NCBI GenBank assembly: GCA_032718475.1 | Contig: JAUCBJ010003058.1 | Span: 36,156 to 100,155 of the forward strand | Source of the DNA: Nemertoderma westbladi | Lineage: Eukaryota; Animalia; Xenacoelomorpha | DNA length: 64,000 nt | Direction of reading: 5' to 3' | Shown: positions 63,044 to 64,000 of the stretch, piece by piece | How the letters are laid out: the number at the start of each line of letters is the position of its first letter | Position numbering within the stretch: position 1 is the first letter of the stretch | Program-made: the position numbers and the translations under genes | The notes under the pieces: model-generated | Databases searched by the model: none | The model's input: the letters and a program-made list of their open reading frames with translations, nothing else | Told to the model about the DNA's origin: nothing

Positions 63044-64000
63044 CCCTATTAAATCCGGGGGGGGGAGGGGGGGGGGGGGTTCAATATGACCCCCCCCCCC
63101 CCGTGGTTTTTTTATTATAATTCTGAAACAAACGCAGTTGGGAATCTGAAATTTTATGACTTTTCCTAAAAATCTTTTGTTTTCCTAGTAGTGAAAACCG
63201 TTTTCAAAAATATTGGGTAGTTTTCGAGTTATAGCACCATTTTTTAACCCTACTTTTGGCACTTTTTTTGAGACGTTTTTTGAAAATTACATTTCATTAA
63301 ATATGAATTGTAACATCTCTATTTTTTGATTTACACCGGTTTTTTGGTGTTAGAAATTGGAAGGAATTCATATAAATTGATTTAGAAATTTCAAACTTGT
63401 TTTTTTCGGCGGGTGCCAATTTTTGGTGCCTGCACCAAATTTTGAAATATGTCAATTTTGTAAATTGATTGTGTGAAACTTGTTTTTTACGCAATTGGGG
63501 TTTTTTGGGGTTCTGGTTTCGGTGAAATATATACGAGTTGCACCAAGCGTATCAAACTTGTATTTTTTCGGTGGTGGGTGCAAATTTTGGTGCTAGCATG
63601 AAATATTGAAAATCCATTCAATTGATAAAATTGTTTGTGACAATTTATTTCTTGCGTTTTAGATGTTTATGGCTATTCTAAATTGAATGGAATATATAAT
63701 TTTCGAACTAGGCATCTCAAACTTGTATTTTTCGGGAAGTGGGTGCAAAATGTGGTGCTAGCACCAATTTTGAAAACCATCAAATATATCAATTGATTGT
63801 GTCACCTTGTTTCTTGCGTTATACGGGTTTGTGAGGGTTCTGAATTCAATGGAATCAGTAAAAACTTCATAAGAGTTTTCAAACTTGTATTTTTCGCCGG
63901 TGGGTGAAAATTGTTATGCCAGCACCCAAATTTTGGAAAATAAGCAAATTGATCAGTAGATAGTATCATCTTGTTTATTGCGTTATACGGGTTTATGAGG
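63040..64000. mobile_element. Non-autonomous DNA element beginning TTAA|CCCT (piggyBac-like end), running off the window
   Basis: Truncates the RTE fragment at ttaaccctatt...ccgggggg. Has internal ~160-bp degenerate repeats and is homologous to 56700-57170. Confidence 0.55.

Overview
This is an AT-rich, repeat-dense eukaryotic (animal, probably invertebrate) genomic window; the species cannot be determined from the sequence. It holds three host genes. (1) The last exon of a glyoxalase II / HAGH-like gene (+, 333-1092). (2) An atypical Gyc88E/89D-type soluble guanylate cyclase (sGC) on the minus strand, with four constant exons (10042-9834, 8633-8443, 7210-7069, 4530-4410); the rest of the gene appears to lie off the left edge. 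(3) A two-exon L-rhamnose mutarotase (RhaM)-family gene (-, 44785-42715). The main finding is that the sGC has three separate, intact, homologous first coding exons (36926-36807, 34442-34323, 16000-15881). Each is exactly 120 nt, starts MYG, and ends in a phase-0 GT donor compatible with the single exon 2. This is a variable-first-exon / constant-region layout that would swap the N-terminal 40 aa of the H-NOX gas-sensing domain. None of the three is in the ORF track. Other features include a ~10.5-kb 38-bp satellite, a tRNA-headed SINE-like element with minimal hammerhead ribozyme motifs inside an inverted repeat, Nin/Deu-type SINEs, MITEs, a Helitron-like element, and decayed BEL/Pao, Gypsy-like and non-LTR retroelements. 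All calls come from reading the sequence by eye; no searches were run.
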